Positions 36,396 through 45,645 of a stretch of DNA of 64,000 nucleotides are shown here, in pieces; position 1 is the first letter of the stretch, and each line of letters starts with the position of its first letter. The stretch covers positions 7,232,304 to 7,296,303 of the forward strand of contig NC_090418.1 of NCBI RefSeq assembly GCF_036365525.1, written 5' to 3'. This DNA comes from Heterodontus francisci (lineage: Eukaryota). The notes under the pieces are model-generated. The model saw nothing but the letters and a program-made list of their open reading frames with translations. It made no database searches and had not been told where the DNA came from. The position numbers and the translations under genes are program-made.

Positions 36396-38435
36396 ATGGC
36401 AAGCCCCTCTTCGCCGGTGGCGGGGCCTTCCCGGTCATATGCTGCTGCGGCTGCTGCAGCTGCACCTGTTGCCCCGTCACCTTTTGCTTTATTAACAACG
36501 AAGCATGGGGTCAAGAGCTACGTCCACCCGAACATGACTATAGAGGCATGCGTGAAAGCAATGGCCGAGGTTGTCGGCCCCTCGGCCATTGTTGCAGCCT
36601 CTAAAATGTACGGGAAGGCAGTGTTTTTCCTGAAGACCGAGCGGGCGGTGTCCCTGGCTCTGAGCAAGGGGCTCACCGTGGGCGGGACCTTTCTGCCAGT
36701 GGACCCCCTGGAGGCCACTGCGCAAAGGCTCATTTTATCCAATGTCCCGCCCTTCATCCCTGGTGAGCTCCTCCTTCCCCACCTGCACCATCTGGGGGAG
36801 GTAAAGACGGGGCTCACCCCAGTCCCGCTCGGTCTTCGGGAGAACAGCCTCCGACACGTCTACTCCTTCCGCCGCCAGTTATTCATGCAGCTGGCGCGGG
36901 AGGAGGTGACAGAGGGCCACTTCAATGTAGAATTCCAGGGGACGGCCTACCGCGTCTTCTGGACCTTGGACGGGGTGCGGTGCCATGTCTGTAAGGGGGT
37001 GGGGCATGTTCGTAAGAACTGCCCCAACCTCGCGGCTGCCAACTCCAACTCAGCGGCCCAGGGTGGCGACGCTGCACCTCCTCCCACCCCCACTACACCA
37101 CCACCAGATACCATTCAGTCGGTACCGGAGGCTGTGGTTTTCACGGCCTCCGGCAGGGAGGGGGGTGACCGTCCAAGTGGAAGGAAGGCGCGGAGGAGAA
37201 ATAAACATCGAGAGGCGCGTCCCCTGGATATCGTGACACTACCCGAGCCTGAGCTCAGCCCAAGGCCCGATCTCGGGAAGTCAACTTGCCCCAGGGCTGG
37301 GCTCAGGCCCAGGGTGAATAAAAAAAAGGAGAGTGTGGAGGTGGAGGCCTCTGATGATATGGAGGTCTCTGAGCCTCCGCACACAACTGGGAAAAAGAGG
37401 AGAAGGCACCCCTCCACAGAGGTAACAAGGGGCCCTGAGGCGCAGGGCCCATCTGTTGGAGGGGAGCTGTCTCCTGTTTCGGGTCCCCAGGTTTCCCCTA
37501 CCGCCACCACCAAGGCTGCAAAGTCCGGGCAGGTGCTCCCAATTCCTCAGGATGGAGGGAAGGGGATGGCCCCGGTACATGAGGCCCCTACTGAAGGAGT
37601 AAGTGGGGCCCTGCTTGTGGTGGGGGAGCCTGGGGAAGCCGCCCATTCTGCCACTGCTACTGGGTCGGGTGTCCTGAATGAAGGGGAGGGCGAGGCCCCA
37701 GAGGGTCGGGCCTCCCAGCCGGAGTCCACCACCAACCAGGAGACACCCGACCCAGTTATAACTGAGAATGCTGCCCCACCTGCTGGGCCTGTGGGTGCTG
37801 GCGGAGCGGGAGATAGCCTCCTCCCTCCGCCTCCAATCTCGGCTCCGGCTGGTTTCCCGGAGTCGGGAACTTCTGTCTCCCCTGGACCACTCATTGCCCT
37901 GGGGACGGAGGTGGAGGGGGGTCCTGAGCCGCTGGTGCCTACAGGCTCCAGTTTCACAATAGAACCCAGAGAGGACTCCTCCGCCATCGATCCTGGGGGT
38001 GGGATCGTGACGGAGGCGGGACCAGCTGGCGCGGCCGGGACGTCCGCCCCACAGTGTGTGGTGGATGTGTTGGCCGCTGGCGGTGACGACCCGGAGGAGG
38101 ATGGGGATTCGGTGCGGGGCACGGAGGATGATCTTGATTCCATCGCCAGTGAGGTGGTGGAGTCCCTCGTGCCTCCCACCGAATCTCCTCTCATCCCCAC
38201 GGCGGAACTCCGGGATTTCCTCGCGGCTTGCAGGGGTTGCCGCAATAAAGTTCAGCTGGCCCTCGACCGTTGGTCGAATCTGGCGCTGATCATCCAGTCC
38301 GTCCGTGCCGCCCTTAAGATAGCGGGCAAGCGCGCGGACGTGAAACTGGTTGAGAGGCGCCGTTTTAATGTGTTCCTCAATGGGTTGCTGGGGGAGTGGA
38401 GGGCCAGGTGCACTTCCACTCCCTCCTCACAGTGA
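36396..38435 (+). CDS. Tx1 ORF1 protein (RNA-binding, zinc knuckle), 679 aa
   Basis: Tx1-type N-terminus (IVAASKMYGKAVFFL, LILSNVPPFI, HVYSFRRQ), CCHC knuckle CHVCKGVGHVRKNC, long Pro/Gly/Glu-rich linker. Confidence 0.92.
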   Translation: MASPSSPVAGPSRSYAAAAAAAAPVAPSPFALLTTKHGVKSYVHPNMTIEACVKAMAEVVGPSAIVAASKMYGKAVFFLKTERAVSLALSKGLTVGGTFLPVDPLEATAQRLILSNVPPFIPGELLLPHLHHLGEVKTGLTPVPLGLRENSLRHVYSFRRQLFMQLAREEVTEGHFNVEFQGTAYRVFWTLDGVRCHVCKGVGHVRKNCPNLAAANSNSAAQGGDAAPPPTPTTPPPDTIQSVPEAVVFTASGREGGDRPSGRKARRRNKHREARPLDIVTLPEPELSPRPDLGKSTCPRAGLRPRVNKKKESVEVEASDDMEVSEPPHTTGKKRRRHPSTEVTRGPEAQGPSVGGELSPVSGPQVSPTATTKAAKSGQVLPIPQDGGKGMAPVHEAPTEGVSGALLVVGEPGEAAHSATATGSGVLNEGEGEAPEGRASQPESTTNQETPDPVITENAAPPAGPVGAGGAGDSLLPPPPISAPAGFPESGTSVSPGPLIALGTEVEGGPEPLVPTGSSFTIEPREDSSAIDPGGGIVTEAGPAGAAGTSAPQCVVDVLAAGGDDPEEDGDSVRGTEDDLDSIASEVVESLVPPTESPLIPTAELRDFLAACRGCRNKVQLALDRWSNLALIIQSVRAALKIAGKRADVKLVERRRFNVFLNGLLGEWRARCTSTPSSQ

Positions 38436-38467
38436 GCTGTTGGTGACGGGTTTTAAGTACCTTTGAC

Positions 38468-41400
38468 ATGAAGATAACCATAGCCAGCCTCAACATCAAC
38501 GGCAGCAGAGGGGCTCACCGCAGATTTCACAATCTCTCAGTCCTTAGGGAAGGGAGATACGCGGTGAGCTTTCTGCAGGAAACCCACACCGTTCCGGGAG
38601 ACGAAGCCACCTGGCTCCTGGAGTGGCAGGGTGGGGTCTACATGAGTCACCTCACCCCTATTTCTAGTGGGGTGGCTATCTTGTTGGCCCCGACTTTTCA
38701 GCCGGAGATCTTGGGGGTCAAGGAGCTAGTGCCGGGCCGCTTGCTCCACCTCGCCGTTCGCCTGGGTAGCGTGCCGCTCCACTTTGTGAATGTGTACGCG
38801 CCCAGGCCCGGCGCTTTGCAAGCGCGCTTCTTTGAAGAAGTGTCCGCTCTCTTGAGCTCCATCGATAGCGGCGAGTGCATCATCCTCGGGGGGGATTTTA
38901 ACTGCACCCTGGAGGTGGGGGATCGCTCCGGTCCCCAGCGCGGCCAAGCGTCGGTGGAGAAGTTGAGGGGACTGATCAGCTCCCTTAACTTGGTGGACGT
39001 CTGGCGGAATCTCCATCCCGACTCCAGCGCCTTCACGTGGAGGTCTGGAGGAGGGGGGTCGCGAATCGACCGCCTCTACATTTCGCAGGCGTACGTCTCC
39101 CGCGTTTCGGCGGCCTCCATGCGGCTGGTGCCGTGCTCGGACCACCGCCTGGTGTGGGCGGAGTTCACTCCGCTCCGCACGCGGGCGGGGTCCGCGTACT
39201 GGCACTTTAACAACCGGCTGCTGGAGGACGTGCGATTTCGGGACTCGTTCTGTCGATTCTGGGCCGACTGGAGAAGGAAGCAGGGGGGCTTCCCCTCCTT
39301 GAGGCTATGGTGGGATGTGGGCAAGACTCACATCCGCGTCTTCTGTCAGGAGTACGCGAAGGGGTCGACCAAAAGGCGGGAAGCCGAGATCGGGCGCCTT
39401 GAGAGGGAGGTGCTCGACTTGGAATCCCGCCTCGGTCATGCCGTCGCGGACCCGGCCCTGTGGCAGGCGTACAAAGAGAAGAAGGGCGCGCTGAGGAACC
39501 TGCAGCTCATAGGGTCCCGAGGCGCGTACGTGAGGTCGCGGATTCAGATCCTGCAAGATTTGGACCGCGCCTCACCCTTCTTCTACTCGCTGGAAAAATG
39601 GCGGGGGGTCCGTAAGCAGCTCGTCGAGCTGCTGGCCGACGACGGATCCTCCATCACGGATCCGGAGGGAATGGGCCTCCTGGTCCGGACGTATTACAGT
39701 GCGTTGTTCTCTCCGGATCCGTCCAGCGAGGATGCGCGCAGAGTTTTGTGGGAGGACCTGCCGCAGGTCAGCCCGGAGGGCGCCGAAGGATTGGAGGCTC
39801 CGCTCACGTTGGCGGAGCTGACTGGCGCCCTCCACCAGCTCTCGAGGGGCAAATCCCCAGGGCTGGATGGGTTGACCGTGGAGTTCCTCAGGGCGTTCTG
39901 GGACGTCCTGGGGGACGATTACGCGCGGGTCCTGGGGGAAAGCCTGGCGACCGGGGAGATGCCCCTCTCGTGGCGCAGGGCGGTCATCGTCCTGCTGCCG
40001 AAGAGGGGCGATCTTCGCCTGCTTAAAAACTGGCGTCCGGTCTCCCTCCTCAGCACGGATTATAAGATCTTTGCCCGGGCTATGTCTACCCGCCTGGGCT
40101 CCGTGCTGGCCCACATGATCCACCCCGACCAGTCCTACACGGTCCCGGGCCGGTCCATCCAGGACAACATCCACCTGGTCCGGGACCTGATCCATCTTTC
40201 CCAGAGGACTGGTCAGTCGGTCGCCTTTCTCTCCCTCGATCAGGAGAAGGCGTTCGACAGGGTGGATCACGATTACCTTTTCGGGACTCTGCGCGCTTTC
40301 GGACTCGGGCCGCATTTCGTGGCCCGGGTCCGACTTTTATACGCCGCCGCAGAGTGTCTAGTCAAAGTTAACGGGTCCTTGACGGCGCCCCTTCGATTTG
40401 GGAGAGGAGTGCGTCAGGGGTGCCCCATGTCCGGCCAATTGTATACCATCTGCGTGGAGCCCTTCCTGTGCCTGCTTCGCAGGAGCTTGACGGGATTGGC
40501 TCTGCGCGAGCCGGCCATGCGGGTCGTCCTCTCGGCTTACGCCGACGACGTGCTCCTCGCAATCACAGATCCCGTTGACTTGCGGAGGATGCGCGACTGC
40601 CAGCAGACCTTTTCTGCCGCGTCCTCCGCGAGGATCAATTGGGAGAAATGTTCCGGACTCCTGGTTGGTCAGTGGCGGGTGGACTCCCTGCCGGAGGAGA
40701 TGACACCTTTTGCGTGGAGCACCACGCACCTCCTCTATCTGGGAGTCCACCTTAGCCCCGCTGAGGAAGCCTGGCCGGCAAACTGGCAGGAGTTGGAGGC
40801 GAAAGTCACCGCTCGGCTGGGGCGCTGGACAGGACTGCTCCGAGTGCTTTCCTACAGGGGCCGAGCGTTGGTCATAAACCAACTGGTGGCCTCCATGCTG
40901 TGGTACCGGTTGGTCACTTTGGCCCCGCCCCCTGTATTTGCCACCAAGATCCAGAAGAAACTCGTCGATTTCTTCTGGGGCAAGAGGAAACACTGGGTCT
41001 CTGCCGCGGTCCTGAGTCTCCCGATCGAGGAGGGCGGTCAGTCGCTGGTGTGCGTCCGCACCCAGGCTGCGACTCTCCGCCTTCGGACCCTGCAGAGATA
41101 CCTGTACGTCGAGCGTCCTCCCAGATGGTGTGCGCTGGCGACGTATTTTTTCCGCCAGTGTCACTGCCTTCAAGACGACACGCAGCTCCCGGTGGAGTCC
41201 GTTAGCCGCGCCTCTCTGAGGGAGTTGCCTGTCTTTTACCGGGATCTTTTCCGAGTCTGGAACATGGTCGCCTCCAGTCAGGGCGCTCCCCCGCCGGCGG
41301 AGGAGAGCGCCTCGGCTGTCCGGGCGGCCGACTCCGGGGACGGTCCGGCGGGCGGAGGAGTAGCCGAAACCCCCGGGACGCCCCTCACTGCGGGTGGCGA

Positions 41401-42205
41401 GGGGGCTCGGGAGTGCGGAGCGATCCCGGCCGAGCTGACCCCCGCTCGGCCGGAACTGCTCATCGGACCCAGGCCCCGAAACCCTCCTCGGGAGCCGGTC
41501 CCGCACAACCCGAGCCGCCTCTCGGAAATGCCCTCCGTGCCATTCCAATCGGCGCGGAGGGGTTTCCTGTACGGGCTGCTCCTGCACACTCTCCACTTCC
41601 TCGCCCTCGTCAGCCGGCCGGACACGCCCTGGCGGTCCGCGTTGCCATCTGGCGGCGAGGGGAAACCCCGATGGAGGTCTCTCTACGCGGGAGTCTTCCC
41701 CCTTTACATCGGGGACCTGGGGTGGAGGGTGCTGCACAGAGCAGTCCCGTGCAATAGGCTTTTAAGTAGGTTCACGGACTCCCAGGCCACCTGTACTTTC
41801 TGCGGCCTGGACGAGTCCGTGTTCCACATTTATACGGAGTGTGCGAGGTTGCAGCCCCTATTTGAGTATCTGAAGGGGCTGCTCCTCAAATTCTGGCTGC
41901 GCTTCAGTCCCACGCTCCTGATCTTTGGGCACCCGGTGCGGAGGGGCTCGGGCCGGGAGGAGGATCTCCTCGTCGGTCTGCTCCTGGGCCTGGCCAAGGT
42001 GGCAATTCACAGGTCCAGGTTGCGGGCCGTCGGGGGGTCCGTCCTCCCCGATTGCCTGCCCCTCTTCCGCGGTTACGTTCGCGCCCGGGTGTCCCTGGAA
42101 AAGGAGCATGCGGTGTCCGCCGGTACGCTTGAGGCCTTCCGCGACCGGTGGGCACCGCAGGGACTGGAGTGCATCGTCGACGCCGAGAATGGCATTTTAA
42201 TTTGA
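38468..42205 (+). CDS. Tx1 ORF2 protein: APE endonuclease, reverse transcriptase and C-terminal zinc finger, 1245 aa
   Basis: EN motifs SLNING, LQETH, GGDFN, SRIDR, SDH; RT motifs KSPGLDG, NWRPVSLL, LDQEKAFDRV, GVRQGCPMS, YADD, YLG; C-terminal CTFCGLDESVFHIYTEC; no stops or frameshifts. Confidence 0.96.
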   Translation: MKITIASLNINGSRGAHRRFHNLSVLREGRYAVSFLQETHTVPGDEATWLLEWQGGVYMSHLTPISSGVAILLAPTFQPEILGVKELVPGRLLHLAVRLGSVPLHFVNVYAPRPGALQARFFEEVSALLSSIDSGECIILGGDFNCTLEVGDRSGPQRGQASVEKLRGLISSLNLVDVWRNLHPDSSAFTWRSGGGGSRIDRLYISQAYVSRVSAASMRLVPCSDHRLVWAEFTPLRTRAGSAYWHFNNRLLEDVRFRDSFCRFWADWRRKQGGFPSLRLWWDVGKTHIRVFCQEYAKGSTKRREAEIGRLEREVLDLESRLGHAVADPALWQAYKEKKGALRNLQLIGSRGAYVRSRIQILQDLDRASPFFYSLEKWRGVRKQLVELLADDGSSITDPEGMGLLVRTYYSALFSPDPSSEDARRVLWEDLPQVSPEGAEGLEAPLTLAELTGALHQLSRGKSPGLDGLTVEFLRAFWDVLGDDYARVLGESLATGEMPLSWRRAVIVLLPKRGDLRLLKNWRPVSLLSTDYKIFARAMSTRLGSVLAHMIHPDQSYTVPGRSIQDNIHLVRDLIHLSQRTGQSVAFLSLDQEKAFDRVDHDYLFGTLRAFGLGPHFVARVRLLYAAAECLVKVNGSLTAPLRFGRGVRQGCPMSGQLYTICVEPFLCLLRRSLTGLALREPAMRVVLSAYADDVLLAITDPVDLRRMRDCQQTFSAASSARINWEKCSGLLVGQWRVDSLPEEMTPFAWSTTHLLYLGVHLSPAEEAWPANWQELEAKVTARLGRWTGLLRVLSYRGRALVINQLVASMLWYRLVTLAPPPVFATKIQKKLVDFFWGKRKHWVSAAVLSLPIEEGGQSLVCVRTQAATLRLRTLQRYLYVERPPRWCALATYFFRQCHCLQDDTQLPVESVSRASLRELPVFYRDLFRVWNMVASSQGAPPPAEESASAVRAADSGDGPAGGGVAETPGTPLTAGGEGARECGAIPAELTPARPELLIGPRPRNPPREPVPHNPSRLSEMPSVPFQSARRGFLYGLLLHTLHFLALVSRPDTPWRSALPSGGEGKPRWRSLYAGVFPLYIGDLGWRVLHRAVPCNRLLSRFTDSQATCTFCGLDESVFHIYTECARLQPLFEYLKGLLLKFWLRFSPTLLIFGHPVRRGSGREEDLLVGLLLGLAKVAIHRSRLRAVGGSVLPDCLPLFRGYVRARVSLEKEHAVSAGTLEAFRDRWAPQGLECIVDAENGILI

Positions 42206-42357
42206 GTTTTTTTGTTTATTTATCTGTTTTAATAAAGTTATTTTAAAACTGTAAATATGTACATAAAGGGGGCCTGAGGGATAAAGGCCCCCTCGACGTG
42301 AAAAATATAAAAGGGGCCTGGGGTATAAAGGTCACCTTGTAAAAAAAAAAAAAAAAA

Positions 42358-42851
42358 CGGGGGTTAGCTACAGAGTAAAGCTCCCTCTACACTAAAAAAA
42401 AAACAAAAAAAAAAAAAAAAAAAAAAAAAAAACGGGGTTAGATACAGAGTAAAGCTCCCTCTACACTGTCCCCATCAAACACTCCCAGGACAGGTACAGC
42501 ACGGGGTTAGATACAGAGTAAAGCTCCGTCTACGCTGTCCCCATCAAACACTCCCAGGACAGGTACAGCACGGGGTTAGATACAGAGTAAAGCTCCGTCT
42601 ACGCTGTCCCCATCAAACACTCCCAGGACAGGTACAGCACGGGGTTAGATACAGAGTAAAGCTCCCTCTACACTGTCCCCCATCAAAAAAAAAACGGGGG
42701 TTAGATACAGAGTAAAGCTCCGTCTACACTGTCCCCATCAAACACTCCCAGGACAGGTACAGCACGGGGTTAGATACAGAGTAAAGCTCCCTCTACACTG
42801 TCCCCCATCAAAAAAAAAACAGGGGTTAGATACAGAGTAAAACTCCCTCTA
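42358..42851. repeat. 69-bp minisatellite, right part, interrupted by three poly(A) tracts
   Basis: Same unit resumes at CGGGGGTTAG immediately after the Tx1 poly(A) tail. Confidence 0.95.
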
Positions 42852-43018
42852 GTTTTGCAGCTTCAGTGGGAGCTGCCAATTTCCTTTTGCAAATGCAGTG
42901 TCAGCGTGCGAACGACAGGCTCAGACTCATCGCCAGGGCAAAGCCGTGACCTTCGAACTGTCCGAGCACCGGTCACTACTGCAGGAAGGGTAGCTGGGGG
43001 AGAGCAGCTGTGCCTTAC

Positions 43019-43082
43019 CTGCAAATGAGCACTCAGCACACAAGAGGAGACTGAGAATCGCATGTAAATACATGGACATCAT
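43019..43082 (-). CDS. Signal-peptide exon of a single-IgV, probably GPI-anchored, B7/BTN-like surface protein
   Basis: Minus strand: acceptor ttctgtctccag|(43105), ATG at 43082, MMSMYLHAILSLLLCAECSFA(E), phase-1 donor GCAG|gtaagg; joins the IgV exon in frame. Confidence 0.75.
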
Positions 43083-44232
43083 CTGTTGAAGCACTGCCAC
43101 CCGACCTGGAGACAGAAAAGGAGATACCTTTGTCAGTGCAGTCTGAATCACAATTGGATTATTAAAAGCCACAGAGTTCAGTGGCAAACTATCACGTACC
43201 AGATCTCAGGAAACAATTGCAATTGCTCAGTTAGCAGTTATGAAGTGTTTTGAAAGCAAGAACGAGAAGCGGCAATGTAAATAAAATTACATTTTAAAAT
43301 GGGTGCAGGTCTTGTCACTACACAAATCTCTGAAGTTGGCAGGACAGGCTTCATAGGTGGACATGGAATACAAAAGCAAGGAAGCCAAGATCGACCTTTA
43401 TAAATCACGGATTAAGGCCCAGTTCTGGGCACCACACCTTCAGAAAGATAGATTGGCCTTGGAGGGAGCACAGTGTCGATGTACCATGATACCTGGACTC
43501 CAAGGGTTAAATTATGAGGAGCAATTACACAAACTCGGGTCTTCCTAGAATTTAGAAGGTTAAGGGGTGATTTGATCAAAGCTTTCGAGATGTTAGTGGG
43601 AACAGATAAGGTTGACAGAGAGAACCTATTTCTGCTGGTTGCGGAGTCTACGACGAGGGGGCACAGTCTAGAAATTAAAGCCAAGCCTTTCAGGAGAGAA
43701 ATTGGGAAACACTTCTACACACAAAGGGTGGTAGAAGTTTGGAACTCTCTTCTGCAAATGGCAGTTGATGCTGGATTAATTGTTAATTTTAAATCTGAGA
43801 TTGATAGATTTTTGTTAATTAAAGGTATGAATGGATATGGGGCAAAGGTGGGGTATCTGGAGCTCAGTCACTGATCAACTATGATCTAATTGAATGGAGC
43901 AACAGGCTCGAGGGGCTGAATGACCTCCTCCTTTACCTATGCTCCTGCATTTCAGAATTACCTAATTGACAGTGAAGCGTTTTGGGACATCCTACGGTGC
44001 TATAGAAATGCAAATGCTTTCTTTTCTCAATCAAGCCACCCCATGCTTTGCTCGACCCAGCAATCTCCAGCCTCAGACATAGCTATGGACATCTGAATGA
44101 GGGAGGATTCTCCAGGCTAACCTCACATGGAAGGTTGATGCAACAGGGAGGTTTGGCCCCAGATTTAACCAGTCTGGGGGCAATCACAGATCTGAATCAA
44201 CAGAAGACAAACACACTGACGAAAATACTCAC

Positions 44233-44293
44233 AAACCGATGCAACGAAGGCGATCAAACTTCAGGTAATAATGGTTTGAAGAGTTTCCTGCGA
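44233..44293 (-). other. Candidate 5'-UTR exon of the IgV gene
   Basis: Minus strand cccttttcccttcacag| ... ggttt|gtgagta in unique sequence about 1.1 kb upstream of the signal-peptide exon; supported by splice motifs only. Confidence 0.3.
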
Positions 44294-44654
44294 CTGTGAA
44301 GGGAAAAGGGAGCCTGAGAAGAAGCTCAAAGTAGCAGGAAATAAAACACCACTCAGCAACAACTGGTCTCAGTAATCAGGGAACCGCTGACTGCTATTTA
44401 TTGAGTCGTGGTTGCGTGAAACCAGCAATCACATGGTGCAGTGCATCTTTCATGTAGACGGGGAACTCTATGAGTGAACCAAGCATTCGTCAGTATTGGT
44501 TGTGTGTGGAATTATTACTGACAAACTTGGAAATATTATGGTCATTGCAACATCACGACTCATCAAAGTCAATTAGGCAGCTTCCTGTTCCCTTCCACTC
44601 TGTAAATTCGGATATTTTCATGAATATCTCTGGCTCTCTATGACAAAGGCCCAG

Positions 44655-45645
44655 GGATGTGGAAAGAGAGCAGGGCAGTGGGATTAGTTTGGGATTGTTA
44701 CAGGGCTATGGGGAGAGAGTGGGACAGTGGGACTAGTATGGGATTGATACAGGGCTATGGGGAGAGTGCGGGGCAGTTGGATTAGTTTGGGATTGATACA
44801 GGGCTATGGGGAGAGAGCAGAGCAGTGGGATTAGTTTGAGATTGATACAGGGCCATGGGGAGAGAGAGCAGGGCAGTGGGATTTGTTTGGGATTGATACA
44901 GGACTATGGGGATAGTGCGGGGCAGTGGGATTAGCTTGGGATTGATACAGGGCTATGGGGTGAGAGCGGGGCAGAGGGATTAGTTTGGGATTGATACAGG
45001 GCTATGGGGAGAGAGCGGGGCAGTGGGATTAGCTTGGGATTGATACAGGGCTATGGGGTGAGAGCGGGGCAGAGGGATTAGTTTGGGATTGATACAGGGC
45101 TATGGGGAGAGAGTGGGGCAGTGGGATTAGTTTGGGATTGATACAGGGCTATGGGGAGAGAGTGGGGCAGTGGGATTAGTTTGGGATTCATACAGGGCTA
45201 TGGGGAGAGAGTGGGGCAGTGGGATTAGTTTGGGGATTGATACAGGGCTATGGGGAGAGAGCGGGGCAGTGGGATTAGTTTGGGATTGATACAGGGCTAT
45301 GGGGTGAGAGCGGGGCAGAGGGATTAGTTTGGGATTGATACAGGGCTATGGGGAGAGAGTGGGGCAGTGGGATTAGTTTGGGATTGATACAGGGCTATGG
45401 GGAGAGAGTGGGGCAGTGGGATTAGTTTGGGATTCATACAGGGCTATGGGGAGAGAGTGGGGCAGTGGGATAAATTTGGGAATGATACAGGGCTATGGGG
45501 AGAGAGCGGGGCAGAGGGATTAGTTTGGGATTGTTACAGGGCTATGGGGAGAGAGTGGGGCAGTGGGATAAATTTGGGATTGATACAGGGCTATGGGGAG
45601 AGAGCGGGGCAGAGGGATTAGTTTGGGATTGATACAGGGCTGTGG
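44655..45645. repeat. 49-bp G-rich minisatellite, short array
   Basis: Unit GGGCTATGGGGAGAGAGTGGGGCAGTGGGATTAGTTTGGGATTGATACA, about 20 copies. Confidence 0.95.

Larger units (their letters stand above)
35712..42357 (+). mobile_element. Full-length Tx1-clade (L1 group) non-LTR retrotransposon
   Basis: 5' UTR of about 680 nt, ORF1, 32-nt spacer, ORF2, 3' UTR with AATAAA (42231) and A17 tail (42341-42357); flanked on both sides by the 69-bp minisatellite. Confidence 0.93.

Noticed and set aside
37115-42200. Antisense and alternate-frame ORFs up to 459 aa within the Tx1
   Set aside because: Expected shadows of GC-rich coding sequence; no motifs.
34466-42851. Target as U2 snRNA, 5S rRNA or tRNA (known Tx1 targets)
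   Set aside because: No recognisable U2 5' sequence, 5S internal control region or tRNA cloverleaf in the 69-mer; only trivial short similarities.
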